Shown here one piece after another: positions 6,774 to 16,246 of a stretch of DNA of 64,000 bases. The translations under genes and the position numbers were made by a program. Each line of letters opens with the position of its first letter. Position 1 is the stretch's first letter. The stretch is from Candidatus Sumerlaeia bacterium (GTDB taxonomy: Bacteria; Sumerlaeota; Sumerlaeia; SLMS01; JANRJK01): positions 1 through 64,000 of the forward strand of contig JANRJK010000055.1 in NCBI GenBank assembly GCA_033764015.1. Reading direction: 5' to 3'. The notes under the pieces are model-generated. The model was not told where the DNA came from. It saw only the letters and a program-made list of their open reading frames with translations, and made no database searches.

Positions 6774-8420
6774 ATGACCGCTGAAGCCCCCCAGGCGCCC
6801 ACGCACCAGAGCCTTTCCGAGTTCCGCAACGAGGCGCCGCTCGATTTCTCCAGGCCGGAGGTGCGCTCCGACTTCCTCAACGGCATCGCCGCCGCCCGCG
6901 CCTCGTTCCCCCTCGAAGCCCCGCTCGTCATCGCCGGGCGTCGCCACAAGACCGCCGAGAAGATCGCCTGCCACTCGCCGTCGGACCGCGCGATGCTCCT
7001 CGGGCACAGCGCCAGCGCCTCCGAATCGGACGCCGACAAGGCGGTCGGCGCCGCGGCGGCCGCCTTCGCGCACTGGAGCCGCACCCCCGCGGAGCACCGC
7101 GCGGCGGTGCTGGTCGAGGCGGCCAGCATCATGCGCCGCCGCAAGTTCCTCCTCGCCGGCATCGAGGTCTTCGAGGCCGCCAAGCCTTGGCGCGAAGCCG
7201 ACGCCGACATCGCCGAGGCGATCGACTTCCTCGAGTACTACGCGCGCGAAATGCTCCGCCTCGCGCTCCCGCGCCGCCTCCAGCCCTACATCCTCGGCGA
7301 ACGCAACGACCTCCGCTATGATCCCCTCGGCGTGGTCGCCGTCGTGGGGCCCTGGAACTTCCCGCTCGCGATCCCCTGCGGCATGGCCGCCGCCGCGATC
7401 GTCGCCGGCAACACCGTGGTCCTGAAGCCCGCCGAGCAGACCCCGCTCATCGCCTACGAGATGCAGAAGATCTTCGAGGAAGCGGGCCTGCCCAAGGGGG
7501 TCCTCAACTTCTTGCCCGGCCGCGGAGGGGTCTGCGGGGCTCGCCTCGTGCAGCACCCCGAGGTGCGCATGGTGGTCTTCACCGGCAGCCGCGGCGTCGG
7601 CCTGGAGATCGTCCGCCGCGCCGCCGACACGCGCCCGGGCCAGCCCTTCGTCCGCCGCGTCGTCGCCGAGATGGGCGGCAAGAACGCCCTCATCGTCGAC
7701 TCCAGCGCGGACCTCGACGCCGCGGTGCCGGACATCCTCTACTCGGCCTTCGGCTTCGCCGGGCAGAAGTGCTCCGCCTGCTCGCGCGCGATCCTCCTCG
7801 CGGACGTCTACGACGCCGCGGTCGAACGCCTCCGCGCCGGCGTCGAGTCCCTCAAGGTCGGCCCCGCGGAGGAGCCCGGCACGCAGGTGCCCGCCGTGAT
7901 CGACGCCGAGGCCGGGGCCAAGATCCGCGGCTACATCGAACTCGGCGCGAAGGAGGCCAAGCCGCTCGCGAAGGCGGACACGCACGGGCTCGAAGCGAAG
8001 GGCCACTTCGTCCCGCCCTCGCTCTTCGCGGTGCCGTCGCACAAGCACCGGCTCGCGCAGGAGGAGATCTTCGGCCCGGTGCTCGCCGTGCTGCGCGCGC
8101 GCGACTTCGACGAGGCTCTCGCGATCGCCAACTCGACGGAGTACGCGCTCACCGGCGGCGTCCATTCGCGCACGCTCAGCCACCTCGAGCGCGCGGGGAA
8201 CGAGTACCAGTGCGGCAACCTCTACCTGAACCGCACCACCACCGGCGCCATCGTCGGGCGCCAGCCCTTCGGCGGCTTCCGCCTCAGCGGAATCGGCAGC
8301 AAGGCGGGCGGGCCGGACTACCTCCGCCAGTTCCTCGTCGCACGCACCGTGACCGAAAACCTGATGCGCCACGGCTTCGTCCCGCTCGTCGAACCGCCAC
8401 CGGAACGGCTCGAGGACTGA
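6774..8420 (+). CDS. pruA: Delta-1-pyrroline-5-carboxylate (glutamate semialdehyde) dehydrogenase
   Basis: FRNEAP, EAIDFLEYYA, PWNFP, FTGS, AEMGGKN, AGQKCSACSR, QEEIFGP, GAIVGRQPFGG and KAGGPDYL motifs. ATG 6774 has a GAGGAG upstream. Confidence 0.92.
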   Translation: MTAEAPQAPTHQSLSEFRNEAPLDFSRPEVRSDFLNGIAAARASFPLEAPLVIAGRRHKTAEKIACHSPSDRAMLLGHSASASESDADKAVGAAAAAFAHWSRTPAEHRAAVLVEAASIMRRRKFLLAGIEVFEAAKPWREADADIAEAIDFLEYYAREMLRLALPRRLQPYILGERNDLRYDPLGVVAVVGPWNFPLAIPCGMAAAAIVAGNTVVLKPAEQTPLIAYEMQKIFEEAGLPKGVLNFLPGRGGVCGARLVQHPEVRMVVFTGSRGVGLEIVRRAADTRPGQPFVRRVVAEMGGKNALIVDSSADLDAAVPDILYSAFGFAGQKCSACSRAILLADVYDAAVERLRAGVESLKVGPAEEPGTQVPAVIDAEAGAKIRGYIELGAKEAKPLAKADTHGLEAKGHFVPPSLFAVPSHKHRLAQEEIFGPVLAVLRARDFDEALAIANSTEYALTGGVHSRTLSHLERAGNEYQCGNLYLNRTTTGAIVGRQPFGGFRLSGIGSKAGGPDYLRQFLVARTVTENLMRHGFVPLVEPPPERLED

Positions 8421-8425
8421 CGCCG

Positions 8426-9445
8426 GTGCGCCGCGACGCCCCCGACGCGCTCGCCCGCCCGCTGCGACTCGCGCCCCACCTCACGGAGCGCCCGTGGGGA
8501 GGCGGGCGGTTGCGCACCGACCTCGGCAAGGACGCGCCCCCCGACATCCGCTTCGGCGAAAGCTGGGAGCTCTCGGACCATCCGCACGGCCGCTCCCGCG
8601 TCGAACTGCCGGACGGGTCCCTGATGCCGCTCGGCGAGCTGTTCCGCCGCTGGCCCATGGAGGCGCTCGCCCTCGACGAGGCCCCCGCGGGATTCCCGCT
8701 CCTCGTCAAGTTCCTCGACGCGCGCGAGGACCTCTCGCTGCAAGTGCACCCGGACGACGCATGGTGCGCGGCGCGCGGCCATGGCGACCGCGGCAAGAGC
8801 GAGTGCTGGTATGTGATCGAGGCGGACCCGGGCGCCGAGGCCATCGTCGGCCTCGCCCCCGGCACGGGACCGGAAGCGCTCCGCCGCGCGGTCGAGGCGC
8901 GCGACTTCTCCCGCGCGCTCCGCCGCGTCCCGATCCGCCCCGGCACCTTCATCGACGTCCCCGCCGGGACCGTCCACGCGATCCTGGGCGGCACGCTGCT
9001 CTGCGAGGTGCAGCAAAGCTCCGACACGACCTTCCGCATCTGGGACTGGGACCGGAAGCCGCAGCGCGGGCTGCACCTGGAGGACGCCCTCTCCGCGACG
9101 CGCTGGGAGGCGGAGGAGCCCCGGCTCCTGCGGCTGCCCCCGCGCCCCGCGCGCGAAGGCGTCGTCGAGCGCGGCCTCGTCGCGAACGGCAGTTTTTCCG
9201 TGGTGGCTGTGGACGTTCCCCCGTTCACGGAGGCGGCGCTCCGCTACCCGCGCCCCGCCGAGGCGGGCGCCACGGTCTGCGTCGTCGGAGGGTCGGGCGA
9301 GTGGACCGGCGGCCCCCCGATGCCGCTCGGTTCCGCCTGGTTCCTCCCCGCGTGCCTCGAGGCTCCGCTCCACCTGCGGGCGGGCTCCGCGGGCATGCGC
9401 CTTCTCGCGGTCGAGGCGGCCGAGCTGAAGCCACCCCTCCGGTGA
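8426..9445 (+). CDS. manA: Mannose-6-phosphate isomerase, class I
   Basis: RPWGG, GESWELSDHP, FPLLVKFLDA, LSLQVHPDD, GKSECWY, GTVHAI and EVQQSSDTTFRIWDW motifs. Start codon is approximate. Confidence 0.9.
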   Translation: MRRDAPDALARPLRLAPHLTERPWGGGRLRTDLGKDAPPDIRFGESWELSDHPHGRSRVELPDGSLMPLGELFRRWPMEALALDEAPAGFPLLVKFLDAREDLSLQVHPDDAWCAARGHGDRGKSECWYVIEADPGAEAIVGLAPGTGPEALRRAVEARDFSRALRRVPIRPGTFIDVPAGTVHAILGGTLLCEVQQSSDTTFRIWDWDRKPQRGLHLEDALSATRWEAEEPRLLRLPPRPAREGVVERGLVANGSFSVVAVDVPPFTEAALRYPRPAEAGATVCVVGGSGEWTGGPPMPLGSAWFLPACLEAPLHLRAGSAGMRLLAVEAAELKPPLR

Positions 9446-11550
9446 GCGTCGGCGCCGCGCGACACGCGACCGCCTGCGCGCTCCTCGCCCTGCTCCCCGC
9501 CCTCTGGTTCGCCCCGCTCCTCGCGGGCGCGGTGCCGGACAACATGGACGTGGTGGCGCTCCTCCTCCCGCAGCGCGTCGAGGTCGCCCGCCAGCTCGCG
9601 GAGGGCACGCTCCCGCTCTGGAACCCGCGCCAGTTCAGCGGCGTCCCGCTCGCGGCGAACCCGCACCCGGCGGTCTGGTACCCGCTCAACATCCCCTTCT
9701 ACTTCCACCCGGGGGCCTGGACCTTCGGCGCCCTGATGGTGCTGCACTACGCCGTGGCGGCGTGGGGCGCCGACGCGCTCTCGTCGCGACTCGGCGCGCG
9801 GAGCCTGCCCGCGTTCTTCGCGGGCGCCGCGACCGTGCTCGGCGCGACGCTCGCCGCGCGCGTGGCGCTGCCGATGCACCTGGCGACGCTCGCCTGGGTG
9901 CCCTGGATCCTGCTCGCGGTGGAGCACGCGCTCCGGCGCCCCGCGTGGCCGCTGCCCGCGGCGGTCCCCGCGGTGGCCGCGCTGCTGGCGCTGCAGTTCC
10001 TCGCGGGCGCGCCGCAGGTCTCCTACTTCACGTTGCTCCTGCTGCCCGCCTACTGGCTGCTCCGCGCGGGGCGGAGCCGCCGGCGCGCGGCGCTCGTCCA
10101 CGGCGCCACCGCCGCCGCGCTGTTCGCGCTCCTCGCCGGCATCCAACTGCTCCCGGCGCTCGAGTTCCTCGCGCACTCCGAGCGGCAGGGCTACGACGCC
10201 GGGCGCCTGCGCGGGCAGGCGCTCAACGGCTCCTTCCTCTGGCGCGCCCTCCTCGGCGGCACCGGCGGGCCGATCGAGGACACCGACACCGTGAACGCGG
10301 TCGGGCTCGGCGTCCTCGCGTTGGCGGTCGGGGGCGCGGTCCGGCGGAGGGGGCGGGCGCTCGCCGCCTGCGCCGCCGGCGCCTACCTGCTCGGCGTCGG
10401 CGCGCTCGTGCCGCTCTGGTCCGCCGCGCTCCCGCTTTACGAAAGCTTCAACGCCCCGCGCCGCGCGCTCCTCCTGGTGGGCATGCTGGCGCCGGTGCTC
10501 GCCGCGCTCGGCGCCTCGCGGCTCCTCGCGCTGCTCCGGGCGAAGCGCCTCCCCCGCGCCGCAGGCTGGGCCCTCCTCGGGCTGCTCGCCGCGCCAAGTG
10601 TCTGGCTGCTGCCCCGCTACGAGCGCAAGTTCACCAGCCTCGAGCGGTGCGGGGCCGACCCCGCGGCCGTCGCCGCGATCGGCGGGTCGCGTTTCCTGGC
10701 GCTCGATCCGACGCTCCGCTACGCCTACGACTCGCGCCGCTTCGACTACGGGCGCTCGCTCGTGCCGAACATGGCCGCGCTCCATGGACTGGACGACGCG
10801 CAGGGCTACGACGTGCTCGTCCCGCGGCGCTACGGCCTCTTCCGGAACGCGGCGAGCGCGCGCTCCGGCGTCCTCTACCCCTCGCACGGCGTCGTCCTCT
10901 CCGACCCCGGGTCGCCGCTGCTGGCGCTCGCCGCGGTCGAGTTCATGACGGGGCGCTTCGACCGCTTCGATCCGTCGCGGGTCGTCCCCGGAGCCCGCTT
11001 CGACGCGGAGCGGCTGGGCGGAATGCTTGACTTGGTCAAGCAAGACGCCCGCTGGCCGCTCTGGCGCTTCCGCGGAGCCCGCCCCCGCGCCTGGGTGCCC
11101 GCCGTAGCACGTCCCGTCGGTTCGCCCGAGGAGGCCATCGCGGCCCTCGCCGCGATGGCGGACCCCGCGGCGGTCGCGCTGGTCGAGGACCCCGGGCTGC
11201 CGCCGCTGCGCCAGCTGCCGCGCGCCCTCGCGTGGGAGCGCCCCGACGCCCGCACGGTCCGCCTCGCCTCCGACCGGCCGGCGCCGGCCCCGGAGGTGTG
11301 GCTCCTGTCGGAGAACTGGATGCCGGGCTGGACCGCGCGCGGGTCCGACGGCGCGCCGCTGCCGGTCGTCCCCGCGGACGCGTTCCTGGTGGCGGTGCTG
11401 GTCCCCGCCGGCGAAAGCGCTGTGGCGCTCCGCTACGAGCCCGCGTCCTTCCGCCACGGCGCCGGCCTCACGGCGCTGGGGGTGCTCCTGTGCGGGTGGG
11501 TGCTTGCGCGGAGCCGCCGCGCAGGGAGTCGTTTGTTCTTGCAGTCGTGA
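9442..11550 (+). CDS. YfhO-family multi-pass membrane protein (GT-C-like glycosyltransferase)
   Basis: LPLWNPRQFSGVPLAANP, many hydrophobic helices, QLLPALEF, GYD and a C-terminal ENWMPGWTA...LRYEP. GTGA overlap with the manA stop. Confidence 0.8.
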   Translation: MSVGAARHATACALLALLPALWFAPLLAGAVPDNMDVVALLLPQRVEVARQLAEGTLPLWNPRQFSGVPLAANPHPAVWYPLNIPFYFHPGAWTFGALMVLHYAVAAWGADALSSRLGARSLPAFFAGAATVLGATLAARVALPMHLATLAWVPWILLAVEHALRRPAWPLPAAVPAVAALLALQFLAGAPQVSYFTLLLLPAYWLLRAGRSRRRAALVHGATAAALFALLAGIQLLPALEFLAHSERQGYDAGRLRGQALNGSFLWRALLGGTGGPIEDTDTVNAVGLGVLALAVGGAVRRRGRALAACAAGAYLLGVGALVPLWSAALPLYESFNAPRRALLLVGMLAPVLAALGASRLLALLRAKRLPRAAGWALLGLLAAPSVWLLPRYERKFTSLERCGADPAAVAAIGGSRFLALDPTLRYAYDSRRFDYGRSLVPNMAALHGLDDAQGYDVLVPRRYGLFRNAASARSGVLYPSHGVVLSDPGSPLLALAAVEFMTGRFDRFDPSRVVPGARFDAERLGGMLDLVKQDARWPLWRFRGARPRAWVPAVARPVGSPEEAIAALAAMADPAAVALVEDPGLPPLRQLPRALAWERPDARTVRLASDRPAPAPEVWLLSENWMPGWTARGSDGAPLPVVPADAFLVAVLVPAGESAVALRYEPASFRHGAGLTALGVLLCGWVLARSRRAGSRLFLQS

Positions 11551-11617
11551 GCGCGCCCTGTCAGTCCAGCGGAACCCATCCCTTTGCGGCTTCCGCGCCG
11601 CGCCGGCCACCCAATCC

Positions 11618-12748
11618 ATGAGCGCCTCCGTCTTCCCGCGTCGCGTCGCCCTCTTCTGCGGAGGTCCCTCCTCCGAGTACGTGGTCTCCCTCACCTCGGC
11701 GCGCTGCGTGGCCCACGCGCTGGACCGCTACCGCTACCGCATCCGCGTCTTCTGCATCCGCGAGGACGGCCTCTGGGTCGCCCCCGAGGAGGAGTGGGGC
11801 GCCGACACCCCGCCCTCCCGCATCGAGAAGCTTTTCGACCTGCTCGACATGCCGGAGCACTGCCCCACGGGCTACTTCAAGATGCGCAGCGCCGCGGAGG
11901 GCATCGCGCGCCTTACCGCCTGGAGCCCCGCCATCGTGCTCCCGATCATGCACGGCGCCTGGGGCGAGGACGGCCGCATGCAGGGACTCCTCGACATCCT
12001 CGACCTCCCCTTCGTCGGCAGCGGCGTGCTCGCCTCCGCGCTCGCCATGGACAAGCGGCGAACGCTCGACTACCTCGCCGCCCAGGGCATCCGCACCGCC
12101 CGCCACATCTTGATGAAGGCATCCAGCCCCCGCCTCCTGCGCGAGGACCAGATCGCCGCGGCCGGCACGCTGCTCGGCTGGCCCATCGTCGTGAAGCCGT
12201 CCCGCGGCGGCTCGAGCGTCGCCACCGCCATCGTCCGCACCCAGGACGAACTCTACCGCGCCGTCACCCGCGCCTTCGACGCCGACACCGAAGTGGTGGT
12301 CGAGCAGTTCATCGCCGGACGCGAGGTCACCTGCGCCGTGCTCGACCTCGCGGAGGCCTTCGGCGGGCGCATCGTCTGCCCCCCCACCGAGATCCGCCCA
12401 AAGTCCGCCGAGTTCTTCACCTTCGACGCCAAGTACACCCCCGGCGCCTCCGAGGAGGTCACCCCCGCGCGGATGCCCGACGACATCCTCGCCCGCATCC
12501 AGGTGCTCGCGGAAAAGGCCCACGACCTCCTCGGGTGCGCAGGACTCTCGCGCTCCGACATGATCGTCCCCGAGGACGGCCAGCCGGTGTACCTCGAAAC
12601 GAACACCCTCCCCGGCATGACCTCCACCAGCCTCCTCCCGCAAGGCGCCGCCGCCGTCGGCATCAGCATGACCTCCCTCCTCACCGGCCTCATCGAAGGC
12701 AAGTTCGAGGGCCTCATCGAGAAGAGGGCCCGCGAAGAGGCGGAGTAG
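11618..12748 (+). CDS. ddl: D-alanine--D-alanine ligase
   Basis: GGPSSEYVVSL, HGAWGEDG, SALAMDK, VKPSRGGSS, FDAKY and ETNTLPGMTSTSLLP motifs. Confidence 0.95.
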   Translation: MSASVFPRRVALFCGGPSSEYVVSLTSARCVAHALDRYRYRIRVFCIREDGLWVAPEEEWGADTPPSRIEKLFDLLDMPEHCPTGYFKMRSAAEGIARLTAWSPAIVLPIMHGAWGEDGRMQGLLDILDLPFVGSGVLASALAMDKRRTLDYLAAQGIRTARHILMKASSPRLLREDQIAAAGTLLGWPIVVKPSRGGSSVATAIVRTQDELYRAVTRAFDADTEVVVEQFIAGREVTCAVLDLAEAFGGRIVCPPTEIRPKSAEFFTFDAKYTPGASEEVTPARMPDDILARIQVLAEKAHDLLGCAGLSRSDMIVPEDGQPVYLETNTLPGMTSTSLLPQGAAAVGISMTSLLTGLIEGKFEGLIEKRAREEAE

Positions 12749-12905
12749 CCGCGCCGGGCAAGCGCCCTCAGGACGCCGCGGACCCCACCAACCGCCGCGC
12801 GGGACCTCCGCCGCGGCGCGCATGCGCCTGCGGGCTGGACACCCGACGACTCCTGTGAGACGCAAGACCCCGAAGTCCTGAAGCGCCATAACCGCCCGGA
12901 GAGCA

Positions 12906-13772
12906 GTGTTGGCACTCTACGACGAGGGACACGCCAACCTCTCCGATCCCGAACGCGCGGGCCTCGCGTCCGCCGTCGCCGCCATGCCCTCGCCGGACGC
13001 CGTGCAGGCGAACCTCGAGGCGGAGGCCCACTTCGTCGACCCCCCCGGGGCCGCCGCCGTCCACCAGCGCTACGAAGAGTTCCTGCGCGCGCTCTCGGGG
13101 GCGAAGAGCAGCGCGGACTTCCTGAAGGTCTGCCGCGACTTCCACCTCCGTGGCGTCCGGACGAGCGCGGCGGAGGGGAAGGTGCTGGTGCGATACTCGA
13201 CGCTGAACAAGAACCTGATGATCTGGATTGGGAACGCGATCCTCTTCTCGGAGGGCAGATACGATCCGGGTCTTCCCAAGGAGGGGATCGTTCGGTTCAA
13301 GGAGCTGAACGGCCGCGGGGGCTTTCCAGCAAGTGAGCTCGCCGCCAAGGCGGCTGCCGTCTGGGACCGCCTTCCGCCGGAGCTGCGCGAGGTTCAGCTC
13401 CACGAAAGGCAGCTCAGGACCATCTTTGCCGCGATTGGCGAACCGACCACCATTCCATTGGATGACCCGGCGCGCCTGCCCAACGCCCTCGCCACGGATC
13501 GAAAGGACGTGTGGGGAGATGCCGCGGTGATCGAGTACAGCCTTGCGACTGGAATCGAGGCCAGAGTGCCAACGGTCGCGGACTGCGACGGGGATCCGAG
13601 GTTCTTGCCTGTTCAGGCGCCTGCGCCAGTGGCCGCGGGAGACCGAGTCGACTACCCTGGCTGGACGAAGCCCCTTGACGGAGAAGCGCCAGTGCCCGAA
13701 CTTGTTCATCCAAACGGTTCCGTCTCGTTGGCGGGGCCGATTCGGGTATTCGACAAGGTGAAGTCACCGTGA
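12906..13772 (+). CDS. Hypothetical protein (288 aa)
   Basis: Open frame with globular-protein composition. Codon usage becomes less GC3-biased after ~13200. Overlaps the next ORF by GTGA. Confidence 0.65.
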   Translation: MLALYDEGHANLSDPERAGLASAVAAMPSPDAVQANLEAEAHFVDPPGAAAVHQRYEEFLRALSGAKSSADFLKVCRDFHLRGVRTSAAEGKVLVRYSTLNKNLMIWIGNAILFSEGRYDPGLPKEGIVRFKELNGRGGFPASELAAKAAAVWDRLPPELREVQLHERQLRTIFAAIGEPTTIPLDDPARLPNALATDRKDVWGDAAVIEYSLATGIEARVPTVADCDGDPRFLPVQAPAPVAAGDRVDYPGWTKPLDGEAPVPELVHPNGSVSLAGPIRVFDKVKSP

Positions 13773-14446
13773 AAACTGTCAGCACACGCGCCGAATGGTT
13801 GGCGATCCTCAACCAGATTCCCGACTTCGCCGCCGAAGTTGGGATCGAGGGCGTGCGCGAGTGGCTGCTCGAGCGGCACCCCGGTTTCGACGCGCGGTTC
13901 CCGCTCGATTGGCGCGGTGGGGAAGATCCGTTCCGGATCTTGGAGCAGTTCTATCAGGAGTTTGGCTACTCCGCCGATCGGCAAGGCCTTATCGGCGCCG
14001 CGATCTACCGCCTGCTTGAGGAATCCGCCTTCGGCGAGCGGAAGGATGCCCTCCTTCTTGAAGACCTGCTCATCCTTTGCGCCCAAGTGACCATTCCCCC
14101 CACCCGCTCATGGTTCGAGAAGCTGCGCGACATGGAGGCGGCGGAGCCGGGAGCGGTCGAACGCGCGCTCGGATCGCGTCAGCTCGCGAGCTTCGCGAAG
14201 TGGGCGTGGGAGGGGCAGTTGGCGGGACTGGACCGCGGCCTTGGGAAGTCGGCCAGCCTGGTCACAGAAGTGGACGCCACGGCGCTCGGCAGCCTGTTCA
14301 TGCTGAACTGGCGGGCAAAGAGGAGAGCCAAAGCTGCGCAAGCCAAGGCTACTGTCACACTACGAAAGCACTCTGATCGGAAAGCTACCGAGTCGGAAGC
14401 TTCAGCCGTCTCCGAAGAGCGGCTTCTGTACGAACGAGAGAGCTAG
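13769..14446 (+). CDS. Hypothetical helical protein (225 aa)
   Basis: Translationally coupled to the previous ORF, lower GC, converges on dxr. Confidence 0.6.
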   Translation: MKTVSTRAEWLAILNQIPDFAAEVGIEGVREWLLERHPGFDARFPLDWRGGEDPFRILEQFYQEFGYSADRQGLIGAAIYRLLEESAFGERKDALLLEDLLILCAQVTIPPTRSWFEKLRDMEAAEPGAVERALGSRQLASFAKWAWEGQLAGLDRGLGKSASLVTEVDATALGSLFMLNWRAKRRAKAAQAKATVTLRKHSDRKATESEASAVSEERLLYERES

Positions 14447-14454
14447 CTCTCCCA

Positions 14455-15618
14455 CTACACCCCCGCCCCCAGCAGCCCCCTCGCCAGTTCGCGGGCTTCG
14501 CGGTCCGCGTCGCAGAGGGATTCCAGCGTGTCCACCGGGCGGTCACGCCAGGTGTCGAGCGCGGCGCGCAGGAGGCGCGGGATGCCGCCGCAGGGGATCG
14601 CGCCGTCGAGGTGCGCGGCGACCGCGATTTCGTTCGCGGCGTTGAGCGCGCACGGCAGCGAGCCGCCCGCCGCGCTTGCCTCGTAGGCCATGCGCAGCGC
14701 CGGGAAGCGCTCGTGGTCCGGTTCGGAGAAATCGAGACGCGCCAGTTCCGACAGCGAGATCGGCGGCAGGTCCGTCGCCAGCCGTTCCGGGTAGAGCAGG
14801 ATGTTCTGGATCGGCAGCCGCATGTCGGTGCGCCCGAGCTGGGCGATCATCGAGCCGTCGATGTACTCGACCATCGAGTGGATCACCGACTGCGGGTGGA
14901 TCACCACTTCGATCTTGTCGAGCGGCAGGTCGAAGAGGTGGTGCGCCTCGATCACCTCGAAGCCCTTGTTCATGAGCGTCGCGGAATCGACCGTGATCTT
15001 CGAGCCCATGGTCCAGGTGGGGTGGCGGAGCGTTTGCGCCGGCCCCGCGGTGTCGATCGTCGCGGCGTCCGCGTTGCGGAAGGAGCCGCCGCTGCAGGTG
15101 AGCACCACGCGGCGCAGCGCCTCGACCGGACCGCAGGCGAGGCACTGGAAGATCGCGTTGTGCTCGCTGTCCACGGGAAGCACGTGGAGGCCCTTCGCCC
15201 GCGCGAGCGGGATCACGAGGTGGCCGCCGCAGACGAGCACCTCCTTGTTCGCCAGCGCGATGTGGCGCCCAGCCGCGAGCGCGGCGAGCGTGGGCCCGAG
15301 GCCCGTGAAGCCCACCGTCGCCACCAGCACCAGGTCCGCCGGCGTCTCCGCGGCCACGCGCGCGAGGTGCTGCGGTCCGGCCAGCACCTCGCCGCGGAAC
15401 CCGGGGCCGAGCGCCGCGCGCAGCTCGCCCTCGAGGTCCGCCCGGCCGATGTGCACCACCTCCGGCTGGAACTCGAGGGCCTGCTTCGCGAGCAGCTCGG
15501 CGTTGCTGCCCGCGCTGAGCGCCGCCACGCGCAGCCGCCCCGGGAAGCGCGCGGCGACCTGCAGCGCCTGCCTCCCGATGGAGCCGGTGGAACCGAGCAG
15601 CGTGAGCGTGCGGAACAC
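14455..15618 (-). CDS. dxr: 1-deoxy-D-xylulose 5-phosphate reductoisomerase
   Basis: LLGSTGSIG, LANKE, PVDSEHNAIFQ, HPTWTMGSKITVDSATLMNKGFEVIEA and NAANE motifs. Confidence 0.97.
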   Translation of the reverse strand: MFRTLTLLGSTGSIGRQALQVAARFPGRLRVAALSAGSNAELLAKQALEFQPEVVHIGRADLEGELRAALGPGFRGEVLAGPQHLARVAAETPADLVLVATVGFTGLGPTLAALAAGRHIALANKEVLVCGGHLVIPLARAKGLHVLPVDSEHNAIFQCLACGPVEALRRVVLTCSGGSFRNADAATIDTAGPAQTLRHPTWTMGSKITVDSATLMNKGFEVIEAHHLFDLPLDKIEVVIHPQSVIHSMVEYIDGSMIAQLGRTDMRLPIQNILLYPERLATDLPPISLSELARLDFSEPDHERFPALRMAYEASAAGGSLPCALNAANEIAVAAHLDGAIPCGGIPRLLRAALDTWRDRPVDTLESLCDADREARELARGLLGAGV

Positions 15619-15633
15619 GGGTGCGGGGCGGCC

Positions 15634-16050
15634 TTAGCCGACCAGCTCCTCCGGCTTGAAGTAGATCGCCAGCTCGCGCGCGGCGCTCTCCGGGCCGTCG
15701 CTGCCGTGCACCAGGTTCTCCGTCGTGATCGTGGCGTAGTCGCCGCGGATCGTGCCCGGCGCCGCCTCGACCGCCTTCGTCTTGCCCATCAGCCCGCGCG
15801 ACAGCGCGATCGCGTCGGGACCGGACACCGCCAGCGCGACCATCGGCCCGCTCGTGATGAACGCCTTCAGCTCCGGGAAGAACGGCTTCGTGACGTGCTC
15901 GGCGTAGTGCGCCTCCGCCATCGCGTCGGTCATGCGCAGCATCTTGAGCCCGCGGATCGCCAGGCCCTTCTGCTCGAAGCGCTTGATGATCTCGCCGACG
16001 AGTCCGCGGCGGACGCCGTCCGGCTTCACGAGGATCAGGGTGGTTTCCAT
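15634..16050 (-). CDS. ndk: Nucleoside diphosphate kinase
   Basis: [22 protein letters not shown] and NLVHGSD motifs. Confidence 0.97.
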   Translation of the reverse strand: METTLILVKPDGVRRGLVGEIIKRFEQKGLAIRGLKMLRMTDAMAEAHYAEHVTKPFFPELKAFITSGPMVALAVSGPDAIALSRGLMGKTKAVEAAPGTIRGDYATITTENLVHGSDGPESAARELAIYFKPEELVG

Positions 16051-16246
16051 GGGGTGGGGGTTCTCCGAGGGGTTCGTGTGGGAAAGGCGCCGCGGGCGCC
16101 CGCGGCCCGCGCGGCGCAAGGAGACGGCCCCCCGCCGCCGGGGGAAACGGAAAAGCGGGGCGCCCCCCGCCACCCCCCCGTCCTTCGCCTTGTGCGGCGC
16201 GTCCCGCCCCGCCATGGTGGGCGCAGCCCACGCAAGGCCGCGAGCC

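Noticed and set aside
11618..12748. Possible D-Ala-D-Lac (vancomycin-resistance type) ligase
   Set aside because: The omega-loop ends AKY (Tyr retained) and no van accessory genes are nearby, which fits an ordinary Ddl.
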